NCBI GenBank assembly: GCA_041739995.1
Contig: JBGSMV010000047.1
Coordinates: forward strand, 32,001 to 96,000
Direction: 5' to 3'
From: Bdellovibrionota bacterium
Lineage (GTDB): Bacteria; Bdellovibrionota_C; UBA2361; JBGSMV01
DNA: 64,000 nt
In this document: positions 1 through 9,991 of the stretch, one piece after another
Layout: each line of letters begins with the position of its first letter
Numbering within the stretch: position 1 is the stretch's first letter
Made by a program: the position numbers and the translations under genes
The notes under the pieces: model-generated
What the model saw: only the letters and a program-made list of their open reading frames with translations
Told to the model about the DNA's origin: nothing
Databases searched by the model: none

Positions 1-1
1 G

Positions 2-88
2 GTATTTACTAAGGAAAATCTGCACGCTACCTACGGTGGCCGTCTGGTCGTGCTCGATAGAGTGGGCGAGGCCATGAGAAAGTCGTAG
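2..88 (+). CDS. 3' end of Mn/Zn/Fe ABC transporter ATP-binding protein (TroB/MntB-like), partial
   Basis: Frame 2 reads VFTKENLHATYGGRLVVLDRVGEAMRKS*, resembling the C-terminal 'FTxENLxxTYGG' of TroB-type ATPases; cognate permeases follow at 2582-4875. Confidence 0.75.
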   Translation, partial: VFTKENLHATYGGRLVVLDRVGEAMRKS

Positions 89-132
89 ATGAGATCTCCA
101 CGCACTAAAGGCCCTGTCGGCCCAAGAACTCG

Positions 133-331
133 CTAGGAGTCTGTGACACAGGTCTGTGACACAGCCCTGTTTGTCAGGGTCCGCCTTCGCTCACATGTGC
201 CTGTGCAGCCATTTAATTTGATTAGGCTTCCCCCTTCGCTTCCTCGTTCGCGAAGGCTACGGAGGATAGGAAAGCTTCGGGGGACGAGTCGGCGGGACGT
301 CGTCGTCTGTGCCTGTGTCACAGACTCCTAG
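133..331. repeat. MITE/REPIN-like element with perfect 20-bp terminal inverted repeats
   Basis: CTAGGAGTCTGTGACACAGG (133-152) is the exact reverse complement of 312-331; both ends are CTAG; 13-bp tandem duplication at 139-164; internal hairpins. Confidence 0.85.
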
Positions 332-411
332 AATTACTCACGAAAATAGCCCCAATAAGTGCGCTCCCAATACTAAGGCGACGGAGAAAAGCTTCCGATT
401 TTCATTATTCG

Positions 412-2361
412 ATGAGGAGTCCAGAACGTAAATTACTTTTAAGACTTGTCCTCATCACAGGCTTCCTGGCGTCCAGCGGACTTACTAGCTCCGCATATGC
501 GGATTCCCACCCCAAGCTCCCACGAATAAGCCCCGACAGAGCCATTCTCTTTCATTCAAGCAACTCAAATATCGCCGCAGCTCATCGGACAATGCGGTTC
601 GACCGATATCCAGGCCTTGAACCTGAAGCACTAGGCCCACATGCCATCTTGGTACAACGACGTGAGGTTACTCTAAACACCGCGGCAGCACGTGGCGCAC
701 TAAAGTCAATCCCTCTTTCGCGGCGACATAATCCCTGCCTTAAGGATCGGCGCATCAAGCGATTGGTCAAAAAGCATGGCCTCAACTGTGAACCGGACTT
801 CATTGTTGAAGCTAGTCTGACTCCAAACGACGCCCTCTACTCAAGTTTGTGGGGCATGCAGGGTGCCTTCGGAATAGGAGCCCCAACGGCATGGAACGTA
901 AGTAACGGCAGTGGGGTAACCGTCGCGGTCCTCGACACAGGCGTTGATAGAAACCACCCCGATCTTGCCGCTAACATGTGGATCAACACTGGCGAGATAG
1001 CATCAAACGGAATCGATGATGACGCAAACGGATACATCGATGACGTCAATGGTTGGGACTTCTATGACAACGACAATGATCCCTCGGACATGCACGGACA
1101 CGGCACCCACGTTTCAGGAACAATTGCGGGTACCGGCAATAATTCAATTGGCGTGATCGGTGCAGCGTACGGCGCAAAAATCATGGCACTTCGCTTCATT
1201 GGACCAGGTGGAGGACTCACCAGCCATGCTATCTTCGCCCTATACTATGCGATAGATAAGGGCATTCCCATCTCAAATAATTCTTGGGGCGGTGCCGGAT
1301 TTAGCTCTGCACTTCAAGCGGCGATTAGTGATGCGAGCACCTCGGGTATGTTGTTTGTTGCTGCGGCCGGGAATAATGGAACCAATAATGACTCGGTCCC
1401 ATTCTACCCGGCGTCGTATACTTTACCTAATATCGTTTCAGTTGGATCTATCACCAGTACAGGAACGATTTCGAATTTCTCGAACTACGGTGCCACCTCT
1501 GTGGATCTCTTCGCACCAGGCAGCGGAATTTTGAGCAGCCTGCCATCAAACTCCTACGCTTCGTGGGATGGTACCTCAATGGCAAGTCCACACGTGGCGG
1601 GTGTAGCCGCCCAAATTCTTAGTGTAAATTCCGGCTTCTCCACCGCGCAGATAAAGGATGCGCTGTTGAACAACAGCAGCTCGGATGCAACATACCTCGG
1701 AGCCTGTCTCACCTCGGGACGATTGAATGCTGCGACTGCGGTGCAGATTGCGAACACGCCAACACCGACACCGACGCAATCACCCACCACTCCGCAACCG
1801 GGCGCCACGATAACACCCGCTCCTACTTCAACCCCAGTTCCCTCTTCTCCAACCCTTACGCCTACTCCCTTACCACCCCCATCTCCCGAAGATGAAGACG
1901 AGCCGGACGCACCAGATGAACAAGAGTATGGTATCTTCGTTTCCTCCGGCGAGACCGAGAATGTCCTCGTTCCCGGAACGCCTGCAGAGCTCATAGTGTT
2001 GTCACAAACATCCCGCGAACGCGTAAGTCTGTTGCTGGAAAGAACGCTACCAGGTCAAGCTCAGGGCACTAAGGTTCGCTGCGCTCGAACAGGACGCTTT
2101 AGAACAAATACAGAAGACTCGGCCGCATTCCTGCGCACAAGAGTCAGCCCCCTGGCTCGATACCTCCCGGGGCTCTCTATCTCACTACTGAATGCCTCAA
2201 ACCAAGCAGTCGCCAGTGTCGATTTACCAGTCGAGGGAAACATCGCCGACTTAGTAAGCTCTCGCCGAGCTCGAATCCTTGGCCAGCGCGCTTGTCAGAG
2301 TATTGCCGGCAACCTCCGCCTTCTTGGGGCCGCCCGCTCAAGATATAAGAAGGTCGCATAA
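412..2361 (+). CDS. Secreted S8 (subtilisin-like) serine peptidase with Pro/Thr linker and C-terminal domain
   Basis: Signal peptide; catalytic motifs VLDTG, HGTHVSG, AAAGN, GTSMASPHVAG; PT-rich linker. Confidence 0.93.
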   Translation: MRSPERKLLLRLVLITGFLASSGLTSSAYADSHPKLPRISPDRAILFHSSNSNIAAAHRTMRFDRYPGLEPEALGPHAILVQRREVTLNTAAARGALKSIPLSRRHNPCLKDRRIKRLVKKHGLNCEPDFIVEASLTPNDALYSSLWGMQGAFGIGAPTAWNVSNGSGVTVAVLDTGVDRNHPDLAANMWINTGEIASNGIDDDANGYIDDVNGWDFYDNDNDPSDMHGHGTHVSGTIAGTGNNSIGVIGAAYGAKIMALRFIGPGGGLTSHAIFALYYAIDKGIPISNNSWGGAGFSSALQAAISDASTSGMLFVAAAGNNGTNNDSVPFYPASYTLPNIVSVGSITSTGTISNFSNYGATSVDLFAPGSGILSSLPSNSYASWDGTSMASPHVAGVAAQILSVNSGFSTAQIKDALLNNSSSDATYLGACLTSGRLNAATAVQIANTPTPTPTQSPTTPQPGATITPAPTSTPVPSSPTLTPTPLPPPSPEDEDEPDAPDEQEYGIFVSSGETENVLVPGTPAELIVLSQTSRERVSLLLERTLPGQAQGTKVRCARTGRFRTNTEDSAAFLRTRVSPLARYLPGLSISLLNASNQAVASVDLPVEGNIADLVSSRRARILGQRACQSIAGNLRLLGAARSRYKKVA

Positions 2362-2581
2362 CTTAGGCGTCTTATATCCACCAAGCAGACGCGAGGCCTA
2401 AGCCACAAACCATGTGTAACATGAAGTAAGACAGGAAAATGGCCGCCCAAAACAGCAGCTCTGCGCCATTTTTCAAGAAGCCAAAAATATGTTCGTGAGT
2501 GCCCGCTCAGCTTCAAACTCGCTTAGGTTAGGTCACGCACTATACCTCCCAATCTTTCCCAATACAGGCTAGTTTATTGGG

Positions 2582-3523
2582 GTGTTGAGCCCGATTACCT
2601 TTTCTCTCTTTTCTGACCCCACTGCACGCATCGTTATCTTGGGATGTGGCGTTCTTGGCGCCTGCGCCGGAGCGCTTGGCTGTTTTGCCATTCTGCGCAG
2701 ACGAGCACTGGTCAGCGATGCTGTCGCCCACGCCGCTTTGCCCGGTGTGTGCGTTTCGTACCTCATCTTTGGCGAGAGAAACCTACCCGCGCTAATTTTG
2801 GGAGCCTTCGTCTTCGGACTGCTGGCCGCGGGATCTATTGCACTCGTACAGCGTTACTCACGCATCAAAGACGACGCTGCTACCGCACTAGCAATCGGTG
2901 GATTTTTTGGCTTGGGCATCGTGCTTTCACGGATCATTCAGAACAGCCCCACAGGAAATCGCGCAGGCCTTGATGGGTTTATTTTCGGTAAAGCGGCCAG
3001 CTTAGTCTGGAGTGATGTCGTTTCGATTTCCATTCTTGCCATTTGCATTCTGGGCACTTTAGCTTTGTTCTTCAAAGAATTCTCTGCGGTGTGTTTTGAT
3101 CGAGGCTTTTGCGCCAGCCTTGGTTGGTCGGTGTTACTTTATGAACTTCTACTAGTAGTGCTCGTCACGGCCTGTGCCGTAGTAGCATTACCTGCAACCG
3201 GCGCAGTCTTGATTGTCGCTTTGTTAATCATCCCCGGCATCACCGCCCGATTTTGGACCGACTCACTGCTACGCATGGTGCTGCTGGGCGGATTGATCGG
3301 ATTCTCCAGTGCAGTGCTCGGTACGATTGTGAGTGCAACGGTGCCACCTCCTGGATCTGATGGACGCGGTGGCTGGCCGACAGGTCCGATGATTACTCTG
3401 GTCGCTTCCGCGCTCTTTTTCCTTTCGTTGTTTTTCTCCCCTCGCCGCGGGGTAGTAGCTGATTGGATAAGAACCAGACGCATGCGCAAGCTGCTAGCCA
3501 AACAACTCCCTGAGGTTCTATGA
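2582..3523 (+). CDS. Mn/Zn/Fe ABC transporter permease (TroC-like, ABC-3 family)
   Basis: RRRALVSDAVAHAALPG, FIFGKAAS, FDxxF motifs; multiple TM helices. Confidence 0.92.
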   Translation: MLSPITFSLFSDPTARIVILGCGVLGACAGALGCFAILRRRALVSDAVAHAALPGVCVSYLIFGERNLPALILGAFVFGLLAAGSIALVQRYSRIKDDAATALAIGGFFGLGIVLSRIIQNSPTGNRAGLDGFIFGKAASLVWSDVVSISILAICILGTLALFFKEFSAVCFDRGFCASLGWSVLLYELLLVVLVTACAVVALPATGAVLIVALLIIPGITARFWTDSLLRMVLLGGLIGFSSAVLGTIVSATVPPPGSDGRGGWPTGPMITLVASALFFLSLFFSPRRGVVADWIRTRRMRKLLAKQLPEVL

Positions 3524-4875
3524 GCAGCTTCGCCCAAAACCTCTCGACACTTAGCACGCTACTCACGGAAGATGATTGGTGGAATATGACCACTGGCGTG
3601 GTGTGCGCGGTATCTTGTGCTATTCCGGGGTGTTTTCTTTTACTTCGCAGACTCTCTTTACTTGGAGATGCGCTTTCGCACTCGATTCTTCCCGGCATTG
3701 CACTCGCCTTCATCATTACTGGTTCTCGCAACATTAGCTTCATGCTCTTTGGAGCCCTGCTTGCGGCGATGATAACTGTATTCATTTCAAGAAACATTCA
3801 AGTCTGGGGACGCATTCCTGAAGACTCGGCTCTAGGAGTGGCGTTTACTTCACTCTTCGCGCTCGGGGTAGTTTTGCTAAGCGGTGCTGCCAGACATGTC
3901 GACATAGATCCAGGCTGCGTGCTTTACGGATCGCTTGAGTTTGTCTCCTTTGATCGCATAGACCTCATGGGTTTCGAAATTCCACGTGTGCTCGTGAGCT
4001 TACTGGTGATACTCACGATTTCTATCGTTGCAATCACCACATTCTTCAAGGAGCTGACGCTCGTCTCCTTTGATCCAACACTCGCCAAGACGTTGGGCTT
4101 TCTTCCTTCAATCATCAGCACCGTCTTCTTGCTGCTTGTCTCGAGCGTGATTGTCGCTTCATTCGAAGCAGTTGGTTCCATTCTGGTAGTCACCATGCTG
4201 GTAGCACCTGCGGCAACTGCGCACTTGCTGACTGACAGACTCGTACCACTCCTGCTCTTCGCCGCATTTCAAGCGGTAATTTCCGCAATTCTTGGGTATC
4301 TAGGCGCGGTGATGTTGAACACATCGGTCGCCGGCATGATAAGCGTGGTTTCCTGCGTTCTGTTTCTTGGTGCCTTATGTCTATCCCCTCGCTATGGGTT
4401 TGTCTCGCGCTTAGTTCGACGATGCTTGCTGCTGGTTCGCATTGCAAAGGAAGATATTCTTGGAATCATTTTCAAAATTGAAGAGCGCCTAGGAAAGTCT
4501 CAACCCGTTTCCTCCAAAACTCTATCCGATCTGCTCCGAGATGAAGGGGCGAGCGTCCTGCGGACTTTCGCTCGCTATCAGCTCCTCTCCTCGGGTTTAC
4601 TCAAAGAAGAATCTCGCGGACACTTCAGTCTATCTCCGTCTGGACGAGCCTTCGCCCAAAGCATCGTTCGTGGTCATCGGCTTTGGGAGACCTACCTTGA
4701 ACAGTTTCTTAACCTTCCAAGTGACCATGTACATGCTCCTTCTCACCTAGTTGAGCATTATCTTTCTCCCCCTTTACAGAGCATGATCGCGCGTCAAGTA
4801 AAGACGTCTCAAGATCCTCATGGCTCGATTATCCCAAAAGAACCCATTCCGAAAAAGGATAACGCAGATGACTAG
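3520..4875 (+). CDS. Metal ABC permease (TroD-like) fused to a C-terminal DtxR/MntR-type domain
   Basis: [17 protein letters not shown] permease motifs; C-terminal EDIL..., [25 protein letters not shown] overlap with upstream permease. Confidence 0.9.
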   Translation: MSSFAQNLSTLSTLLTEDDWWNMTTGVVCAVSCAIPGCFLLLRRLSLLGDALSHSILPGIALAFIITGSRNISFMLFGALLAAMITVFISRNIQVWGRIPEDSALGVAFTSLFALGVVLLSGAARHVDIDPGCVLYGSLEFVSFDRIDLMGFEIPRVLVSLLVILTISIVAITTFFKELTLVSFDPTLAKTLGFLPSIISTVFLLLVSSVIVASFEAVGSILVVTMLVAPAATAHLLTDRLVPLLLFAAFQAVISAILGYLGAVMLNTSVAGMISVVSCVLFLGALCLSPRYGFVSRLVRRCLLLVRIAKEDILGIIFKIEERLGKSQPVSSKTLSDLLRDEGASVLRTFARYQLLSSGLLKEESRGHFSLSPSGRAFAQSIVRGHRLWETYLEQFLNLPSDHVHAPSHLVEHYLSPPLQSMIARQVKTSQDPHGSIIPKEPIPKKDNADD

Positions 4876-5242
4876 CGCCTCTATTTCACCAGAGTTGGCC
4901 GAGAAGGTTCATCGCCTTAATATCGCCGGCATTCAACGCCACATTTTTCTTTGTGCAGATCAGAGCAGTCCAAAATGCTGTGCTAAGGAAGCTGGCATCG
5001 CCGCATGGGAGTTCTTAAAGTCGCGCATCTCTGAGCTACAACTGGACGCTAAGGTATTTAGAACCAAGGCGAACTGCTTACGCCTCTGCCGCAGCGGCCC
5101 AATCGCGGTCGTATATCCAGACGGGGTGTGGTACCATTCCTGCTCACCTGAGGTGCTTGAGCGAATTATTAACGAGCACCTGATTGAAGGGAAAATCGTC
5201 GAAGAGTTCCTTTTATCTCGCTCAGAATGTGGGGATCCTTGA
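4868..5242 (+). CDS. Thioredoxin-like [2Fe-2S] ferredoxin
   Basis: HIFLC...CC...[25 protein letters not shown] at 4868 overlaps the upstream stop. Confidence 0.88.
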   Translation: MTSASISPELAEKVHRLNIAGIQRHIFLCADQSSPKCCAKEAGIAAWEFLKSRISELQLDAKVFRTKANCLRLCRSGPIAVVYPDGVWYHSCSPEVLERIINEHLIEGKIVEEFLLSRSECGDP

Positions 5243-5396
5243 ATTGACCTGCTCAAATCGCTAGTGTTTTGGCCTGGACTGTCGAGCCGAGCTGGGGCCT
5301 CATTGAGCTATCAAACTACTAACTAGGCAGACAAAAAATTAGGCACTCCTCAAGGCGAGTAATTCTCAAGAACAATCAACCAAACCGGAGACAATT

Positions 5397-5927
5397 ATGG
5401 CTATCAATAAAACTAATTCCAATGTGACGTTCAAGGGCGACAAACTCTCACTCGAGGGTCCCGCACTGAAGGAAGGCACTCCGATGCCAACCTTTACCCT
5501 CACCGCACAAGACATGTCCGACCTTTCCAGTGAGAGCCTGAAAGGAAGCGCTCTTTTGATCTCAGTGGTTCCCAGCCTTGATACTCCAGTGTGTAATGTT
5601 CAAACAAAACACTTTAATGACGAAGCTTCAAAATTTGGCTCGGCGGCTCGACTACTTACGGTCAGCCTGGATTTACCGTTCGCCCAAAAGCGCTGGTGCG
5701 GCGCCGAAGGAGTCACACACTCCATTACCGGATCGGACTTTAAGCATCGCTCGTTCGGTACGACCTTTGGATGTTTCATTAAGGAATGGGGCCTACTAGG
5801 AAGAGCGATTTTTGTGGTGAACGGAAAAGGGATCATCACCTATTGCGAGTATGTTGCTGAACTCAGCACCGAACCAAACTACGAAGAGGCCCTCAAGGCT
5901 TTGAGTGCTGCGATAGAAACGAAATAA
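5397..5927 (+). CDS. tpx: Thiol peroxidase (atypical 2-Cys peroxiredoxin)
   Basis: VVPSLDTPVC and SLDLPFAQKRWC motifs; GGAG RBS. Confidence 0.95.
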   Translation: MAINKTNSNVTFKGDKLSLEGPALKEGTPMPTFTLTAQDMSDLSSESLKGSALLISVVPSLDTPVCNVQTKHFNDEASKFGSAARLLTVSLDLPFAQKRWCGAEGVTHSITGSDFKHRSFGTTFGCFIKEWGLLGRAIFVVNGKGIITYCEYVAELSTEPNYEEALKALSAAIETK

Positions 5928-5945
5928 CTTTTGGATAGGTAGTGT

Positions 5946-6743
5946 ATGCGCCTGCTTCACATAGTCGCTGACTATGCCCCAGGAGATCTCGCGTTCTCCG
6001 AGATGATATCTGCTCTCGCCAAGCATTTGCCTGACGATTTCCGTTGGCATTACACAGCGGTGAAGAGTTTTGACACCATCGCCACTGGATTTGTGGTGGC
6101 GCAGCTTGGGCTTCAGAAGGAGTCGTTGCGTGCTCCAAAAACCTATCTCTATGTGAACTGCGCTCCTCGGAAGGACCGCAAAGAGGCCCGCCCACAGAAC
6201 GAAGGCGAGGGGCTCTTGTACGTTCGCTTTGCGACCGGAGTGGAAGGGGTTGTGGTAAATAGCGGTTATTCTCTCTCTTTCGCTCGAGATGGAATCACGG
6301 AGTTATCTACTCTCAATATCGAACGTGGCGGCTCACAGTTCCGTTCACGAGACATCTTTCCACCTGCGGTTGGATTTGTGGCCAACAAGGACTACAGCAT
6401 CTGTGGCGCAAAGCTTACACCTGCAGAAGTAATCCCCGACGCCCCTGTCGGGGTAGTCGGATATGTCGACTCTTTCGGCAATCTTAAAACCACCTACCGC
6501 GAGGGAGATAAGATTGTAGGCGCCCTAAAGCCTGGCCAGCGTGTTCGGGTAGCCATTAATGGGGTTGAACGAACTGCGAGCGTGGCTTCTGGTAGTTTCA
6601 ACGTGGATGAGGGCGATATTGCCTTCGCCCCAGGGAGTAGCGGCCATGAGCGTCGCTTCTGGGAGATATTTCAACGTGGCGGCTCAGCCTCAGAAACCTT
6701 TGGAAACCCGAGGGTCGGCAGCGAAATCCAACTTCTCGACTAA
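5946..6743 (+). CDS. SAM hydroxide adenosyltransferase / chlorinase-fluorinase (DUF62) family protein
   Basis: N-terminal IVADY, FRSRDIFPP, YVDSFGNLKT motifs. Confidence 0.75.
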   Translation: MRLLHIVADYAPGDLAFSEMISALAKHLPDDFRWHYTAVKSFDTIATGFVVAQLGLQKESLRAPKTYLYVNCAPRKDRKEARPQNEGEGLLYVRFATGVEGVVVNSGYSLSFARDGITELSTLNIERGGSQFRSRDIFPPAVGFVANKDYSICGAKLTPAEVIPDAPVGVVGYVDSFGNLKTTYREGDKIVGALKPGQRVRVAINGVERTASVASGSFNVDEGDIAFAPGSSGHERRFWEIFQRGGSASETFGNPRVGSEIQLLD

Positions 6744-6837
6744 CCTGCTCCAAAAGTTAAACAAGGGAATCTCGTCAATCTCATACGGCTTCTAATCGGG
6801 TATTGTCTGCGCGGCACGTTCTATTTAGCGTGACGGG

Positions 6838-7527
6838 GTGGGATCAAATCAAATGCTTAAAACATCTCTCTTTTTGAAGAACGGTCTAAGAAAACGATGC
6901 CTAGGCACGTTATTTTTGCTCGCTTCGCACTGCTTGCTCGCCTCCTCTACCGTGGTTGCTGAAGAGTCCTCGCCCCCTAACCCAACTCAAGAAGTATCAG
7001 AGGTCGCCAGCCCAGCCACGGCCAAACCCGCTCCAAAGCCAGTCGCAAAATCCGCGCCCACCAACGGAAAGAAGCGCCAGAGACCGCTGGTTGGTTGGAT
7101 TGAGCAAATCGCTCTCACTCGTGGCTCTATCATCTTAAATGCAAAACTTGATACGGGTGCAGATTATTCATCCCTCCACGCCCACGACATTCAAGAGTTT
7201 GAAAAAGACGGCGAGGTGTGGGTTAGATTTGATGTTACCGACAGAGTCGGACGCAGCTTTCCAGTTGAACAAAGAGTCATTCGCACTTCGTCCATCAAGC
7301 GTATGGGCGGCAAACATCAGCGCCGAAATGTAATACGAATGGGAATCTGTCTGGGAAATACTTATCTCAGATCCGATATCAACCTTGTGGATCGATCTGA
7401 CTTCAAACTTCAGATGCTACTTGGCAGAAACTTCCTGGCGGGCACTGTCGCCATCGATCCTGCCATTTCCTTTACTACCGAGCCCGATTGCGAGCTATCT
7501 TGGACTGCTGCCGACTCACAAAAATAA
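6838..7527 (+). CDS. Exported RimK-associated retropepsin-like protease (so-called ATP-dependent Zn protease family)
   Basis: VGWIE, AKLDTGADYSSL, NLVDRS, LLGRNFL; signal peptide; start uncertain. Confidence 0.85.
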   Translation: MGSNQMLKTSLFLKNGLRKRCLGTLFLLASHCLLASSTVVAEESSPPNPTQEVSEVASPATAKPAPKPVAKSAPTNGKKRQRPLVGWIEQIALTRGSIILNAKLDTGADYSSLHAHDIQEFEKDGEVWVRFDVTDRVGRSFPVEQRVIRTSSIKRMGGKHQRRNVIRMGICLGNTYLRSDINLVDRSDFKLQMLLGRNFLAGTVAIDPAISFTTEPDCELSWTAADSQK

Positions 7528-7529
7528 CT

Positions 7530-9056
7530 ATGAAAAATTCAAGAGTGTTTGTTGCCGCTGCGCTACTCATAGCCTCGGGTTTGGGAATTTTCTTCTATAA
7601 GATTTTTTCACTGGGGTTTCCCGTCACTCCGGACACCACCGCGAACATTTGGAATGTAGAGGCAAGCGTCTCATTTTCGACTCAAGGCAAGTCTGCAAAG
7701 GTTTCTTCGTTCATTCCGAAGAGTACCAGTCGGTTTTCGATTCTTGATGAAAGTTTCATTTCGCGAGGATTCGGACTTTCTACCGTTACCCGCGACTCAA
7801 ATCGAGCTGCTGAGTGGTCTATTAGACGAGTCTCTGGAAAACAGACGCTTTTCTATCACGCGGTGGTGCGAGAGCTTGAGCGCTCTAACTCCACGGTCAC
7901 TACTAAGCCGCCTCTTGTGGAAGATCCTCAATTTGAAGGCGCAGAATTAGAAGCTGCCAAGACGATTCTTTCAGAGTCCAAGGCCCAGTCTGCTGATGTC
8001 CTAAGTCAAGTCCGCGAAGTTTTGCAGCGAGTTCAGGCCAAAGATCGCGATGATGCAACCTCGCTGCTGCTTGGGCCTAAACCGTCTGAGCTCGACAAAC
8101 TCTCCCTCGCGTCTAAGGTACTCGCACTAGATCGAATCGTGCTCAGAATCGTCCACGGCATTCAATTAATCGACAATCGAAGGAACGTGCCGCTCATTCG
8201 TTGGCTAGAAGTTCATACTGGCGGTACCTGGGTTTCGCTCGACAGTTTTGGAAACCCTTCGAAAGATCTGGAACTCACGCTCCCTTGGTGGCGCGGCACT
8301 GAAGCGATTGGATATATTTCCGGAGGATCGCGGCTCGGCATTCAGATTGCAGTCAGCCGTCACGAAGAAAGCGCAGTGACTGCGATATTGGATAGCGGTC
8401 AATCTTCAAAACCATTTCTGCTCGAATTCTCCCTGTTTTCACTGCCGCTTCAAACCCAGGGCGTATTTCGTATCATGCTGCTTGTTCCACTGGGTGGTTT
8501 CTTAATAGTACTTCTCAGAAATGTGGTGGGACTTCCGACTTTTGGGACCTTCATGCCAGTGCTGGTTGCGCTTTCCTTTCGAGAAACAGACATTCTGATG
8601 GGCTGCATATTCTTCTCACTCGTAGTCGCCATAGGTCTGGTGGTGCGATTCTGGCTTGAGAAGTTGAAGCTACTGCTCGTTCCTCGACTAGCGGCGGTCT
8701 TAACCTTCGTGGTTCTACTACTGGCTATAGTCGCAATCGCCGCCCACAAGTTTGGCGTCGAACATGGCCTTTCGATTGCGCTATTTCCGATGGTCATTCT
8801 CACGATGACGATCGAACGTATGTCGATTGTATGGGACGAGCTCGGTGCCAGTGACGCGCTCAAACAAGGCTTCGGCAGTCTATTTGCAGCCGTACTTGCT
8901 ACCTTTGTATTTACTTACGAGCCGGTTGAGCATCTGATTTTTGTGTTTCCCGAACTCCTCTTGATCGTTGCCGCGCTCTGTCTCTTGCTTGGACGATACA
9001 GTGGTTACCGATTAACTGAACTTCGTCGCTTTAGGGCTTTTGCGGAGAAACCATGA
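7530..9056 (+). CDS. Inactive transglutaminase fused to 7TM domain
   Basis: RNVVGLPTFGTFMPVLVAL, LFPMVILTMTIER, GRYSGYRLTELRRF motifs. Confidence 0.9.
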   Translation: MKNSRVFVAAALLIASGLGIFFYKIFSLGFPVTPDTTANIWNVEASVSFSTQGKSAKVSSFIPKSTSRFSILDESFISRGFGLSTVTRDSNRAAEWSIRRVSGKQTLFYHAVVRELERSNSTVTTKPPLVEDPQFEGAELEAAKTILSESKAQSADVLSQVREVLQRVQAKDRDDATSLLLGPKPSELDKLSLASKVLALDRIVLRIVHGIQLIDNRRNVPLIRWLEVHTGGTWVSLDSFGNPSKDLELTLPWWRGTEAIGYISGGSRLGIQIAVSRHEESAVTAILDSGQSSKPFLLEFSLFSLPLQTQGVFRIMLLVPLGGFLIVLLRNVVGLPTFGTFMPVLVALSFRETDILMGCIFFSLVVAIGLVVRFWLEKLKLLLVPRLAAVLTFVVLLLAIVAIAAHKFGVEHGLSIALFPMVILTMTIERMSIVWDELGASDALKQGFGSLFAAVLATFVFTYEPVEHLIFVFPELLLIVAALCLLLGRYSGYRLTELRRFRAFAEKP

Positions 9057-9991
9057 GATTCGCCTGGCCCTGGGAACTCGCAGCGAAAGGCGTGGTGGGA
9101 ATAAACCAGCGCAATGCTGATTTCGTCCTGCCCTTCAACGACCGAGAAAGATATCCCCTCGTCGATGACAAACTACGTACCAAAACGCTGGCCCTGGAGC
9201 ACGGGATAGCAGCTCCTGAACTCTATGCGCTAATCGAGAGCAATCATCAGGTCAGCTCACTTCGATCTCGCATTGGAGACATTCAAAGTTTTGTCATTAA
9301 GCCCGCCGGCGGCAGTGGTGGACAAGGTATTCTAGTCTTTACTGCGGCGACCAAAGATCGATTTCGTACCATCCATGGCCCCATGCTTCCGTTGGAGCAA
9401 CTTGAACACCATGTCTTGAATATCCTTACCGGGATGTTCAGTTTGGGTGGACAGCCTGACAAGGCGATAATTGAGTACCGAGTAGAATCTGACCCTGTCT
9501 TTGAACCGGTTTCTTATCGTGGCGTTCCTGACGTGCGCATCATTCTCTTTCTTGGCGTTCCTATCATGGCGATGTTGCGGCTCCCTACTAGCACCTCAGA
9601 AGGGAAGGCCAACCTGCACCAAGGCGCGATTGGTGCCGGCGTCTCTATGCGTGATGGCAAAACTACAACTGCGGTGTCCGGAGGTGTCATCGTTTCTGAA
9701 CACCCAGACACCGGACATAGTATTATTGGGCTGCAAATTCCTCACTGGGAGAGACTGCTCGATATTGCGGTGCAGTGTTCGGACTTAGCGCAACTTGGTT
9801 ATATCGGGGTTGATCTCGTTATCGATAAGGACAAAGGGCCACTTCTACTCGAGATGAATGCTCGACCAGGGCTCGCTATTCAACTTGCCAATCGAAGCGG
9901 TCTTGAATCACGTATTCGCAAGGTGCAAAGCTTTCGAAAGGACCTTTCGGATCGCGATTCACGAGTTGCCTTCGCGATAGCTTCCTTCTAG
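9053..9991 (+). CDS. Alpha-L-glutamate ligase-like ATP-grasp protein (RimK-related)
   Basis: GINQRN, VDDKLRTK, KANLHQGA, LEMNARPGLAIQLAN; ATGA overlap. Confidence 0.92.
   Translation: MRFAWPWELAAKGVVGINQRNADFVLPFNDRERYPLVDDKLRTKTLALEHGIAAPELYALIESNHQVSSLRSRIGDIQSFVIKPAGGSGGQGILVFTAATKDRFRTIHGPMLPLEQLEHHVLNILTGMFSLGGQPDKAIIEYRVESDPVFEPVSYRGVPDVRIILFLGVPIMAMLRLPTSTSEGKANLHQGAIGAGVSMRDGKTTTAVSGGVIVSEHPDTGHSIIGLQIPHWERLLDIAVQCSDLAQLGYIGVDLVIDKDKGPLLLEMNARPGLAIQLANRSGLESRIRKVQSFRKDLSDRDSRVAFAIASF

Noticed and set aside
133..331. Two 62-aa ORFs on opposite strands, both ending CVTDS
   Set aside because: Artefact of the terminal inverted repeats; no RBS or protein-like features
1767..1890. Repetitive ACACCG/ACTCC DNA in the first subtilase
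   Set aside because: Ordinary Pro/Thr linker coding
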